Source: Armatimonadota bacterium (GTDB taxonomy: Bacteria > Armatimonadota > Fervidibacteria > Fervidibacterales > Thermosaccharophagaceae). From it: 64,000 nucleotides of DNA. The notes under the pieces were generated by a model, which was not told where the DNA came from, ran no database searches, and was given only the letters and a program-made list of their open reading frames with translations. The position numbers and the translations under genes are program-made. Positions 16,329 to 26,200 of this stretch are shown here, piece by piece. Location of the stretch: contig JANXAS010000012.1 in NCBI GenBank assembly GCA_025062195.1, positions 3,237-67,236 on the forward strand, in the 5' to 3' direction. Numbering within the stretch: position 1 is the first letter of the stretch; each line of letters starts with the position of its first letter.

Positions 16329-18095
16329 TCACATTGCGCCCATTTGTTTCGCCCACGCATCAAGCCCTCTTCCTTCACTTATGTGTGTTACGCCAGCCTT
16401 CCTTGCAATCTCAAGGAAACGCCCAAGCAACTTTTGCTTCTCTTCCCCCTTCACTCTGTTTGTCGCAAGCTTTACATACCAAATTGGCAAGCGCGCAACT
16501 TGCACTCTAAAGCGAATTGAATCGTCCGCAGCGATATTTTCCGCCTCATCAAACAGCTTCTCTGCAGCGTTTAGAAACTCATCATCGTTAATGTATGGTG
16601 CAGTGGGTGCATCGTAGATATGAGCATGGTAACCCTTTTCCCTGACTCTTGAATGGAGCAACTCAATGTAAGCTCGTATTGGCTTTGCAGCGCTACCATA
16701 GTAGCCATTAAGGAACTCATCCATGTGCCTCTTGATATCCGTGTTCGGATTCCATAGCAGTTTTGCGAGCAAGTAGGAGCGCAACGGTGCCATCTCTCCA
16801 TTGCCACCGGGAGAGTAGTTACCTTGTTCAAACAATCCAACTACACCGTGCTTGGAGAAAAATTGCACATTCGCTTGAAGCACATCCAAGTTTGGAAATG
16901 GCTGAATGTAATGGGCAAAGTTTGTCGTATAGTCCCAAACATAGAGAATCGGTGCAACCTTTTGCCACGCCTTAGTGTCTTCCACAAAGCGTTTGTTCTC
17001 CGGTGATGGGCATCCATCAAGCGGGTGAGAGAAACAGCATTCTATTGAGCACAACCTGATTATGACATTGTGTCTTGGGCGAAGCGTCCTTGGTGGTTTT
17101 CGGCTGTAAGTGTATGCGAGTGTCTCTATGCGAATGTGTGGATATTCCTTCTCAACAGCTTCAGCGATAGCGTTAACAAACCGAATGATTGATGCCGATG
17201 GCGAGCCTTCAGAATCATCAAGCGCTTTACAATTCTCGCACTGACACCAATTTCCGGTGTCATTTTGCGAGACGTCAATTATCGTTGCCTCTGGATGTTC
17301 CTTTATCCATTGGCGAACCTTTTCAATTGCGAGCTTCAAAACATTGGGGTTTGAAAGGCAGCGCTGCACATAGCCGCTCACTCTTTTCCCGCCTATCAGT
17401 GGAAAGTATTCCGGATGCTCCTTGAAAAGCTCCCTTGGAATGAGCGCATCAAAGCTATGCACAAATGGATAAAATACAACAGCCCTTCCGCCATGCTTTT
17501 CTGTCAGCCTGTAATGTTGTCCATTCAATCTGTGACGGGCCGCAAAATCGGCATCTCGCATCATTTCCGTCCAGAAGACCTCACGATACTCAAAAGCAGG
17601 CAGCTGCATCTCATTTAAACTCGGCAACTCAAGCCTATCAAACTTTGGGACATGCTCAACATCTGGTGCAAACCAACGCACACCAAACTTCTCCTCAAGG
17701 AGAGCGTAAACGCCATACAATGTTCCCCTCGGCTTGCCACCAACTATAACCAGACTTTCACCAACAGTGCGAATGATAAACCCGTCTGTGCCAAATTTCT
17801 TTGTATCAAGCTTTATGCGCAGCTTTTTCGTGTGCCCATTCTCGCCGAGCATTATCTCGCGCTTACGCATCGGTTGCTCATCAGTAACTATCGGTAACTT
17901 TGCGCCGCTAATGCGTTCTATGTAGCGTTGCAACTCCTCAGCGGCATATCGCTCAGACGGTATAGCATCCTTAGCTATGACGATGCTGTAATCACTTTTG
18001 CCCCGCTCGGCAATGACAACTCCCGCCATGGCAATACCACCTCCGACAGCATTTACAGATAGAGCAATCAGCAGCAGAATGCAAGCGTGATACAT
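16329..18095 (-). CDS. DUF4838 domain-containing secreted protein (glycoside-hydrolase-like)
   Basis: There is a signal-like N-terminus. PSERYAAEELQRYIERISGAKLPIV and GTDGFIIRT...GGKPRGTLYGVYALLEEKFGVRWFAPD are typical of DUF4838 proteins; this is from recollection. A GGAGGTG Shine-Dalgarno site is present. Confidence 0.7.
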   Translation of the reverse strand: MYHACILLLIALSVNAVGGGIAMAGVVIAERGKSDYSIVIAKDAIPSERYAAEELQRYIERISGAKLPIVTDEQPMRKREIMLGENGHTKKLRIKLDTKKFGTDGFIIRTVGESLVIVGGKPRGTLYGVYALLEEKFGVRWFAPDVEHVPKFDRLELPSLNEMQLPAFEYREVFWTEMMRDADFAARHRLNGQHYRLTEKHGGRAVVFYPFVHSFDALIPRELFKEHPEYFPLIGGKRVSGYVQRCLSNPNVLKLAIEKVRQWIKEHPEATIIDVSQNDTGNWCQCENCKALDDSEGSPSASIIRFVNAIAEAVEKEYPHIRIETLAYTYSRKPPRTLRPRHNVIIRLCSIECCFSHPLDGCPSPENKRFVEDTKAWQKVAPILYVWDYTTNFAHYIQPFPNLDVLQANVQFFSKHGVVGLFEQGNYSPGGNGEMAPLRSYLLAKLLWNPNTDIKRHMDEFLNGYYGSAAKPIRAYIELLHSRVREKGYHAHIYDAPTAPYINDDEFLNAAEKLFDEAENIAADDSIRFRVQVARLPIWYVKLATNRVKGEEKQKLLGRFLEIARKAGVTHISEGRGLDAWAKQMGAM

Positions 18096-18457
18096 CTCAT
18101 GTCACCTCCGACCCGTAGGGTAGATCAACTCAGGACAAAAACCAATTTTAGCTATCGCATCCACACTACGGCATCCCAATTGTGGAGTGACTCTATTTTC
18201 AAAAATCAAGGCAACATCCAACCAACTCTGTTTAGTGTGGTGGCTTTAGTGTGCAGCTTGTCCACGACAGTCATTTAAATTTCGTCGCCCAAAATGGCAA
18301 CACTACATGGCGAGAGTTTGTGTCGTTTCACAACAAGACTCGCCCACTTTGGATTGCCTTGTAAGGGCAGGCAACTGCCTTCCCGAAAAATCACAAGAAG
18401 TTTCGGTTCGGGGATGTTTCATACGCCCATAAATTCAACTGCCTAACTCCTGTTCAG

Positions 18458-19567
18458 TTAACCTCTCTCAGCGCCACCGCTGCCAATCGGCTCAAATAGC
18501 TTTGGAGCAAATTGCATTAACGCAAGCTTTATACAGCCAGCCAATGGCACTGCGATTATCATGCCAACAATGCCAAACATGACGCTTCCAGCCATAACCG
18601 CGAAAATGGCGATAAGCGGGTGCAGTCCAACCCTCTGCCCAATCACCTTCGGCATTATGAGCCAGTCAAAAATTTGATTTACAACTGTGATCACACCAGC
18701 CGAAAATAGCGCAGCCAAAAGCTGATAATGCTCGCTCGTTAGATAACCGACGATGAAGGCGAGAATTGCGCTCCCAACTGCCCCAATGTATGGGATTGAG
18801 TATGTTATGCCCGCAGTGAAACCGATGGCAGCAGCATAATCGTTGTGGAAAATGAAGGACATCAGCCAAAGGATAACTCCATCAATGATGCCGACACATA
18901 CACACAGCAGCATATAGCCACGAAAGTATCGCCCAATCAACTTGCCAGTCTCATGAAGCAATGTCACTACTTCGGCGCGATACCGCACCGGTATGAGCGC
19001 AAGCACCCTTTGGCGAAGTGGATCAATAATCTGAAGCGAGTAGTATGTGATAATCGGCAATAGCAGTATTGATAGCAGGCTGCCGAGCGATGTCACAGCC
19101 CATCTGATCCGCCCAAGAATGAACTCACCAAGCTGCTTTGAAAAACTGCTAAGCGCCTGTAAGGCATATGCGAGAAATGGATTTTGTGAGGGGTTACTCT
19201 CTTCAATCCTCTTAAGCAACTCAACTGCGAACCTGTAGTAGCGTCCGTGCGGTGGTATGCACTCTTCAATAAATGATTGAACCTGCGAAATTACGAGCGG
19301 CACAATTGCTATCACCGCTGCTACAAATAGGAGCAGGAAAAAAACGAAGGAGATGAGAGAGGCTGCACTGCGAGACCACCCTCTGCTTTCAAGCTCATCG
19401 GCAATCGGATCAAGAATATAAGCAAGCAACATGCCCGCAGCAAAAAGGGGCAATATGACCCTTATTCGGTATAGGAGAAAGAGAAAAATGACGAGAGCAA
19501 TCAAAATCAATATCTGGTTAATCATGTAACTGCTTGAGGCGCTGTTTCGCTGCATTTTGAAGTTCAC
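18458..19567 (-). CDS. AI-2E family transporter (PerM/UPF0118)
   Basis: The protein is polytopic and ~370 aa, with the typical layout and a C-terminal motif (ALFSAGVITVVNQIFDWLIMPKVIGQRVGLHPL). Confidence 0.8.
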   Translation of the reverse strand: MNFKMQRNSASSSYMINQILILIALVIFLFLLYRIRVILPLFAAGMLLAYILDPIADELESRGWSRSAASLISFVFFLLLFVAAVIAIVPLVISQVQSFIEECIPPHGRYYRFAVELLKRIEESNPSQNPFLAYALQALSSFSKQLGEFILGRIRWAVTSLGSLLSILLLPIITYYSLQIIDPLRQRVLALIPVRYRAEVVTLLHETGKLIGRYFRGYMLLCVCVGIIDGVILWLMSFIFHNDYAAAIGFTAGITYSIPYIGAVGSAILAFIVGYLTSEHYQLLAALFSAGVITVVNQIFDWLIMPKVIGQRVGLHPLIAIFAVMAGSVMFGIVGMIIAVPLAGCIKLALMQFAPKLFEPIGSGGAERG

Positions 19568-19705
19568 CTCAACGACACATCAAGTGGGGGTGGCTTCAGC
19601 ACAGCATCTCGCTGCATTATTTACAATGCAAGCGCTTCCCACAACACTCATCGGGACAAATGTCACAGACAGCATCGTGCAATTGCGCGATACAGTGATA
19701 CAAAC

Positions 19706-19951
19706 TCACTCAACTACCTCCTTTTGCTCCTCGCCAACCTGTTGGGCACTCAAAATGCCTGACTGCTCACTTTGAGGCATCTCGGGAGCTGTGCTTGGCT
19801 TTGCAGTAGTAAGTTGGCGCACATGTTCTTCAAGGCTTGTAAGCATCCTCAAAATGCGCCATTCCAAGTAGACAGAGATGCACATCAATACGAGCATCAC
19901 GCATCCAAACAGGAAAGCCATGAGCCACAGAAAAGCAGCCAATACCTCCAT
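19706..19951 (-). CDS. Small hypothetical membrane protein (81 aa)
   Basis: A GGAGGTG Shine-Dalgarno site lies 7 nt upstream of the ATG. There is one strong transmembrane helix (LAAFLWLMAFLFGCVMLVLMCISVYL). I recognise no family. Confidence 0.5.
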   Translation of the reverse strand: MEVLAAFLWLMAFLFGCVMLVLMCISVYLEWRILRMLTSLEEHVRQLTTAKPSTAPEMPQSEQSGILSAQQVGEEQKEVVE

Positions 19952-20224
19952 CCGTGCACACCTCCAATTGCAAGCTATTCAGCTAAAACAGACTTTGCCA
20001 CAGCTTGGCATGTGAAGCAATCGCATAGCTGTGGATGATTGTAGGGTTAAGGAAAGGATGAAACTTGGATGGCTCTCGCAAGCCACTGTAATTCATCTTC
20101 GCTCTTCACCACAAACGTTGTTGGCGGTAACTTCCCCTAAGCATGCTATTGACTATAGCCCATAGCTGATGATGGACTTTATGAGCATTGTCTTCGGACA
20201 GTGGAACTCGCCGAAATTTACAAT

Positions 20225-20625
20225 GCCCTTTGCTATAAACTTTTTCGTTGCTTTTGTTATCCATGCCACTGGCTTTAGCCATTGGTTGATGACGAAAAAA
20301 TGAGCGCCGAATTCATTCGGCGAAAATTTTCCTTGCCGTCTAAAGATGGCGCTAAGAGAATTCGTCATTGACCATGAGCTAAAGCCCATAGCACGGTTTT
20401 GAAAAAGCGTTCACCAAAAACATTTGAGGCAAAGGGCAAACGAAAAAACTCAGGCGCTCTTTACCACGAGCTTTGTTGCTTAGGTTCGTAGTTAGCCACG
20501 AAGCGATAGCGAAGTGGCGTCAAAATCTGTTTGAGTTCGTATTTAGCTACCAAGCAAAGTGGCATCATAAGTTGTCCCTTGTCCCACTCTTGACGGCACT
20601 ACGCTTCGTGCCTTACTGCGAACCA
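20225..20625 (+). repeat. Composite ~400-nt repeat element, copy 2
   Basis: It is collinear with 7825-8228 along its whole length. There are few mismatches in the central block GCGTTCACCAAAAACATTTGAGGCAAAGGGCAAACGAAAAAA...CTCTTTACCACGAGCTTTGTTGCTTAGGTT. Confidence 0.85.
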
Positions 20626-20694
20626 ACAAAATTTGAAGAAAAATTCGGCAAGTGGTGCGGCGCAATTAGATGCTCTGTATCTGCTCCCTTCATC

Positions 20695-22272
20695 TCATTT
20701 GGTGCATGACTCAATCAAGCGCACAAGCTCACGGTAAAGTAAACATGCAGCATTCGGACCGAGCGACATTATTTCTCCGTAGTGGCGCTCACCGTATGTG
20801 TATGGTGGATGAGCATCCCACTGCGTCTTAGGGATGAAATAACCAAGTTCGTCGTTAGCCAACCCAACAATCACAGAGAACTTCGTTGGCATGAACTTAA
20901 GTAACGGTGGGCTTTCACAAATCTCACCGGCATAGTCAGCGCCGTCTGGCGATTCCACACCGCCAATTGCAACCTCAGGATATAGCTCACCCGGTATGCA
21001 AAGCATACCAATGTTTCCGATGCGAATAAAGGCAATCTCCGTTGGGACGACACCACGAAAAACAAAATAGCCATGCTTGACCACACCAATGTGCGCTCCA
21101 ATCCTGAGAAGCCAATTTTCAATTGGCAGCGTTATCGTCCTCGCACAGACTTCAACTTGCGTTTCATTTACAAGCTCAGCTTTGCGCGCAAGCTCAAGCA
21201 CAACCATACCGATATTCTCGCCGAGCGCCCTCGCCTTCTCCACACCATTCTCGCGGATGAAGCGCCCATCAAGTGAGCGCACACTAACCCCCGTTGGACT
21301 CATCAAACCGCCAATTGCGCCGTTGATATAGATCGCGATCCCTCCAAGCCCATCAACAAAGCCGCGATTTGGTGAGCGAATACCATCCTCAACGGCACAG
21401 CGCACCCAGTGCACAAAATCAGAGGTGACCATAGTGTTCCTTGAGCCGAATGCCTCGGGATGATTTGCCCACTGGATGATGGTGCACACTGTTTTGGATG
21501 TGGTTGCATCAAAGAAGCGAATCACAATCAGCCTATCATCAACAACAAATGGCGGGCGTGAATCACCGATCAACCCGTCAATGCCAGTTTTGGCTTGCGC
21601 AACAGAAAGCCTGCACCTGCGCATGTTTGAGACAGCCTCTATAAGCACCTTGGCTGTCAGCCACTTCACCATATCCATGTAGCTTGCATCCACACCGCAT
21701 GAAAATCTGTATCGTCCCCACAACCCGAGTGTATCTGGTGAGTTGTGGTTATGAGTGCATGTCACAACGATGTAATCAAATCCCGCACCCCTGCGCTCAG
21801 CTTCATCCCGTATGTCAATAACATCGTCGTAAAACAAACCGATTAGGTCAAGAGCTACTATGCCAATTCGGTGAACACCGTTATCAATAGCAACAGCCCT
21901 TGCCCAAAGTTGGTCATGCACTCTTGATGCTGGACGGGAGTTGTGAAAACCAGCAAGCCAAATCCTTGTCCCACTCAGCTTATCTCCATCCAAAGGCTCA
22001 TATCGTCCATCGCTATCTTTGTCAATAAAGCTTGCGCACACAGATGGCGTTATTGCTGCCTTTGATGCCCCAACCATCCATATGCCATCACCATATTGTC
22101 CGTTTGATCGAATGCGCAATTCAAGCTTATATCGGATGTGCCTCGGATATGCGTTTAACAAAAGAGAGATAACGATGGTTGAGATGAGGATGGTGAGAAC
22201 AATGAGCCACAATTTCAACTTGCGAAGGAACATACCGTCCACCACCGAAAGCTCCTTCAAATGATGCGTCAT
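20695..22272 (-). CDS. Neutral/alkaline ceramidase-like hydrolase with an N-terminal membrane anchor
   Basis: AAITPSV..., the aligned block IVALDLIGLFYDDV and VVTCTHNHNSPD resemble the N-terminal catalytic domain of non-lysosomal ceramidase-family proteins. It is a paralog of 41095-42486. Confidence 0.6.
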   Translation of the reverse strand: MTHHLKELSVVDGMFLRKLKLWLIVLTILISTIVISLLLNAYPRHIRYKLELRIRSNGQYGDGIWMVGASKAAITPSVCASFIDKDSDGRYEPLDGDKLSGTRIWLAGFHNSRPASRVHDQLWARAVAIDNGVHRIGIVALDLIGLFYDDVIDIRDEAERRGAGFDYIVVTCTHNHNSPDTLGLWGRYRFSCGVDASYMDMVKWLTAKVLIEAVSNMRRCRLSVAQAKTGIDGLIGDSRPPFVVDDRLIVIRFFDATTSKTVCTIIQWANHPEAFGSRNTMVTSDFVHWVRCAVEDGIRSPNRGFVDGLGGIAIYINGAIGGLMSPTGVSVRSLDGRFIRENGVEKARALGENIGMVVLELARKAELVNETQVEVCARTITLPIENWLLRIGAHIGVVKHGYFVFRGVVPTEIAFIRIGNIGMLCIPGELYPEVAIGGVESPDGADYAGEICESPPLLKFMPTKFSVIVGLANDELGYFIPKTQWDAHPPYTYGERHYGEIMSLGPNAACLLYRELVRLIESCTK

Positions 22273-23108
22273 CTTCTGCGCAGCGTGCGCTCAATTATAG
22301 GGCGAAGATATTGAAGGTCAAGCTTTGTCTGCTCCACAATTTGCGGTGCCGTCATATTCGGATACTCGCTATGGACGCTTATGATTCCATCAAAGCCGAG
22401 CATTGACAGACACTCAAAAACTTCACCCCACCTTGTTATGCCCTCTTGCAATGGTGCTGCTTCAACTCGCCATCTAACTTCACCAGAGCTACTCCTCTCC
22501 ATGTGCCACGCGAAATCCTTAACGGCAACCATTCGCACATAATCGCCAAGCAAATCAATGCAGGCTTTCCAGCCGCAAAGCCCACCCTCTATCGTCATAT
22601 GCCCTGGGTCAATGTAGGCGCAGATATGCTCGCTTGAAAACCCATCAAGTAGCATAAAGGTGATTGCGCCATCACAAGTTATGAAGTTGCCACTGTGAGT
22701 GTGCACGCCAAGTGTGACGCCATACCTCTCGGCGATCTTTTCCAACCCACTTAGGTTATGACGAACCTCACTTATGCGCTCTTTAACTGTCCCAAACGAT
22801 TCATATCGCCAATAGCCGAGCTTGATGAACTTTATCCCAAGCTCACCCGCTGTCCCAATTATGTCCTCAACATGCTCATCATCTGGCGATGTGATTGATG
22901 TCGTGAGCATGCCGATGCAAAGCCCTCTTTCCTCAAACACCTTCATTGCACTCGGAAGAAGGCGCTTTGCATCCTCTGGGGCAATACTGCCACCTTCCCT
23001 TACAGTCAAATCAACACCATCAAAGCCAAGCTCCGCAATTGCATCTGCCATACCATCAATCCCCAACTCTTGAAGATGCTTTGCAAACATTACGAGAAGC
23101 AATTCCAT
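22269..23108 (-). CDS. Sugar phosphate isomerase/epimerase (xylose isomerase-like TIM barrel)
   Basis: The AP_endonuc_2-like pattern is LGFDGVDLTVREGG..., FIKLGYW, GVHTHSG, IDPGH. I placed the start at MELLLVMF because the 77 upstream codons of the tracked ORF look non-protein-like and overlap the divergent gene. The stop overlaps the downstream start by 4 nt. Confidence 0.7.
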   Translation of the reverse strand: MELLLVMFAKHLQELGIDGMADAIAELGFDGVDLTVREGGSIAPEDAKRLLPSAMKVFEERGLCIGMLTTSITSPDDEHVEDIIGTAGELGIKFIKLGYWRYESFGTVKERISEVRHNLSGLEKIAERYGVTLGVHTHSGNFITCDGAITFMLLDGFSSEHICAYIDPGHMTIEGGLCGWKACIDLLGDYVRMVAVKDFAWHMERSSSGEVRWRVEAAPLQEGITRWGEVFECLSMLGFDGIISVHSEYPNMTAPQIVEQTKLDLQYLRPIIERTLRRR

Positions 23109-23209
23109 CACCCCCCAAATGATGCATTCAGTCCGGCAACTCACACCGAAAGCGATGATACCACATGTGTTCGTCCCGTGATAGCATTCGGAACAGAGGT
23201 GAGCATAGC

Positions 23210-26200
23210 ATGCGCATAGGTGATTTGATAGAGCTAAAGAGTGTGCCAACGGTAATTCAACTTGAGGGTGTCTCACATGCTGTGGGCGCCGAATTTGAGG
23301 GGACAAGCCAAAGAGCATTAAGGGAGCTTGTCTCAACATACCTTATCATTCGTGGTGCAAATGAGGCTGCGCTTGAAAGCATACTCACGACCATGACCAA
23401 AGAGACGGGTTGCGCACACATGCTCAGCGGGGCATATGGCACTGGGAAAAGCCATATGCTTGCTCTTATCGGTTTGCTCTGCCAATTTCAGTGGGCGAGA
23501 GAGCTGTTTGCAAGCTCGCACGAGCGCTACAGCAAATTGATGGATGAGCTTGCAAAGCGCAAGTGGTTAGTCACATTCACCAGCTTAGATGCGTATTCGC
23601 CAACGGCGCCACTTGAACAAATCATTTGGGATGAAACTGTGGCTTCGCTTAAGCGAACCCATCCACATGCGGTGGGACAGAAGCTACCAAGTGAGATGCC
23701 GTCGTCTCGCGCAGAGGCACTTACAATGCTGCAAAGCGCCGCGAATGCTCTCGGCTATGATTGCACCCTGTGGGTCATTGACGAACTATCAATGTTCCTT
23801 GGAGCGAAGGGGCACAGGGAATTGCAAGCTGATGCATCATTTCTGCAGTTCATCGCACAGCACTGCCAACGCTCCAGAGCTTGGCTCATTGTAGCCATAC
23901 AGAAGACGATTGAAGAGCTTGGCGAACTTGAACCATACTCACTGACACAAATCAAGGACAGATATGTGCGCCATACACTCTCATTCGCTCACGCTCGCCA
24001 GCTCATACGAAAGAATCTGCTACCGCCAAAGGATGGGCGACAGTTTGCGCAGGTCATGCTCCAATGGCATCGCAAGCTACTTGAGTCCTTCCCAATGATT
24101 GACTTCAGCGCCGAGGAGTTGATAGCTTGCTACCCGCTGCACCCGTTCACGCTCGCTTGCCTTGAGAGGGCTACCGGGCGTTTCTTTTCAAGGACTCGCT
24201 CCATCGTTGACTTTGTCCAAAAACAGGCACAGGAGTTGGTTGACTGTGATGCCTTTCAACTCATCACGCCAGACGCAATCTACGAGCACTTTTACGCCGA
24301 CATTATCTCGCACCCAGAGCTGCATCCATATGCCGACGAAGTCATCCCATATCTTGATGAAAGGGTGAGCGAACTCTTTCCGGAGCGCCAAAAGGCTATG
24401 AGAAAACTTGCAAGGGCGCTTGTGGTATTCAAGATGGCCGGCATAGATGCATCTGTAAGGAAGCTTGCTCACACATTCCTTTGGGACTTGGGTTTGGGTG
24501 CGGAGATGAATTACAGCTATATGCTGTCGTTGCTGGAGACGCTCCGCACAAACGCGAACTACATTGACTGTGTTAGGCGTGAGGAGGATTACGGCGATAC
24601 ATACTCCATTGATTTAGGCGCAACCGTCACTGAGATGTTGCAACGGCGCTTGCAGGCTTTGATTGAGACCTTTTCCGATGAGGACATCAGAGTGGTTGAG
24701 TATGCACTGAGAACAATGTCCACATCTCACCTACCCGTCCCGCAAATTGGCACCGGGCACACATTCACCACTCAGTGGCAAAACGCTTCGTTCAGTCTTA
24801 TGCTGCAATGTGTTGACCTGAGAGAACTCACCAAAGACTGGATGCTTAACTTGCAGAACTACATTGCCTCACCATCGTGCGCCTACGATGTCCATGCGCT
24901 TATAGCGCCGCCAATCGCAGCTGATGAGCAAATGAAGAGCGCAATTGAGCTGCTGTATTCGCTTGAGGAGAATAGGTTCAGATATGCCATACCTATCCTC
25001 ATACCGAGGGCTGTTGGTAGGGGTGAAATGATGCGCCTCATGGAGAATGCAGCAGCATCAATCCTTGCAAGCGACCCATCCCTCAAGGACAGCGACATCG
25101 GCGTTGCTATTTACAAGCGCCTGCGCGAGGAAGAAAACGCAAGGGCGAGCGAGACACAGCGCATACTGAGAAATGCATATTTGAATGGCACATTGCTCAT
25201 AGGCGGAAAGAAGCTGCCCATCTCGGCGCTTATACCAACTGAGGCATCAATTAGCGATGTGTTCACAGCAATCGCTGGCGCATCTATTCCCAAGGTCTTC
25301 CCGCAATTTTCATCCGTAGCGCCGCGCTCGCCAGTTCGTCCATCGGATGAGCACAGAAAACTTGTCAACGCGATTTTGGCTGGCGAGGGAATTCAAAAGT
25401 TAAGCGCTGACCTAAGAGAGCTATGGCGATGCATTGCTATTCCGCTTGGAATAACGGCACAACTGCTTGATGGCACTGCACCATGCGATGGTGCTGCGAG
25501 GCTTATAAGCGAGCTGATAGCCGGAGCAGATGTCCCAATCGCGTATGAGCAAATTATCTCAATGGCTCGCAAGAGCGAATATGGATTGCGTGAGGAGCAA
25601 TGCGAGTTGCTCATTGCAGCATTGTTAAAGCGCGGCGAAGCCTTGGCACACGACCGATATGGCGCAACGCTATCATTACAGCGGCTCAGCTCACCGCTGC
25701 GAAGGTGCGTTGCGACATTGAGCACAGCACCGCTCATTGAGAGAGAAACCTGGGAAGAAGCGATTTTGTATGCGGATGGACTTTCCATACTGCCATCCGA
25801 GCTTGAGATGAAATTTCATCCAGCAGTGCAACAGATGCTCTGGCAGAGCATCGTCTCGTGGAAGGAACACGCATCCGGAATTTGCGAACAAGCCCACAGG
25901 GAACTGCTCTCGCTTATGACACAGCTGCAGCACAGCAATGCACTGTGGTCTCACTCGCTCAACGCCATCGGCACTGTCGGAGTTGCCATCAGCGCTGTAG
26001 CTGCCGAGGCAATAGCTCATGAAGGTCTTAAGGGATGGGTTGCAACGCTGGAAGTTAATGGCATAAGTTGGGAGGAACTCAAATCGGCATGGAGCAGATG
26101 CACTCAACTTCATGATGCGTTAGTGGCACACGGAGAGAAGCTGCGAAAGATACACGCTTGGCTGACCGATGTGAGCCTGAGGCTCAGCGGCGATGCGAAG

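Noticed and set aside
23109-23339. N-terminal 77-codon extension of the sugar-phosphate isomerase ORF, and the 23165 start of the large ATPase ORF
   Set aside because: The extension is Cys/His/Leu-rich with no family resemblance, and it would overlap the divergent ATPase gene. The ATPase has a good AGAGGTGAG Shine-Dalgarno site in front of the ATG at 23210. The two genes are better modelled as divergent with a ~100-nt shared promoter region.
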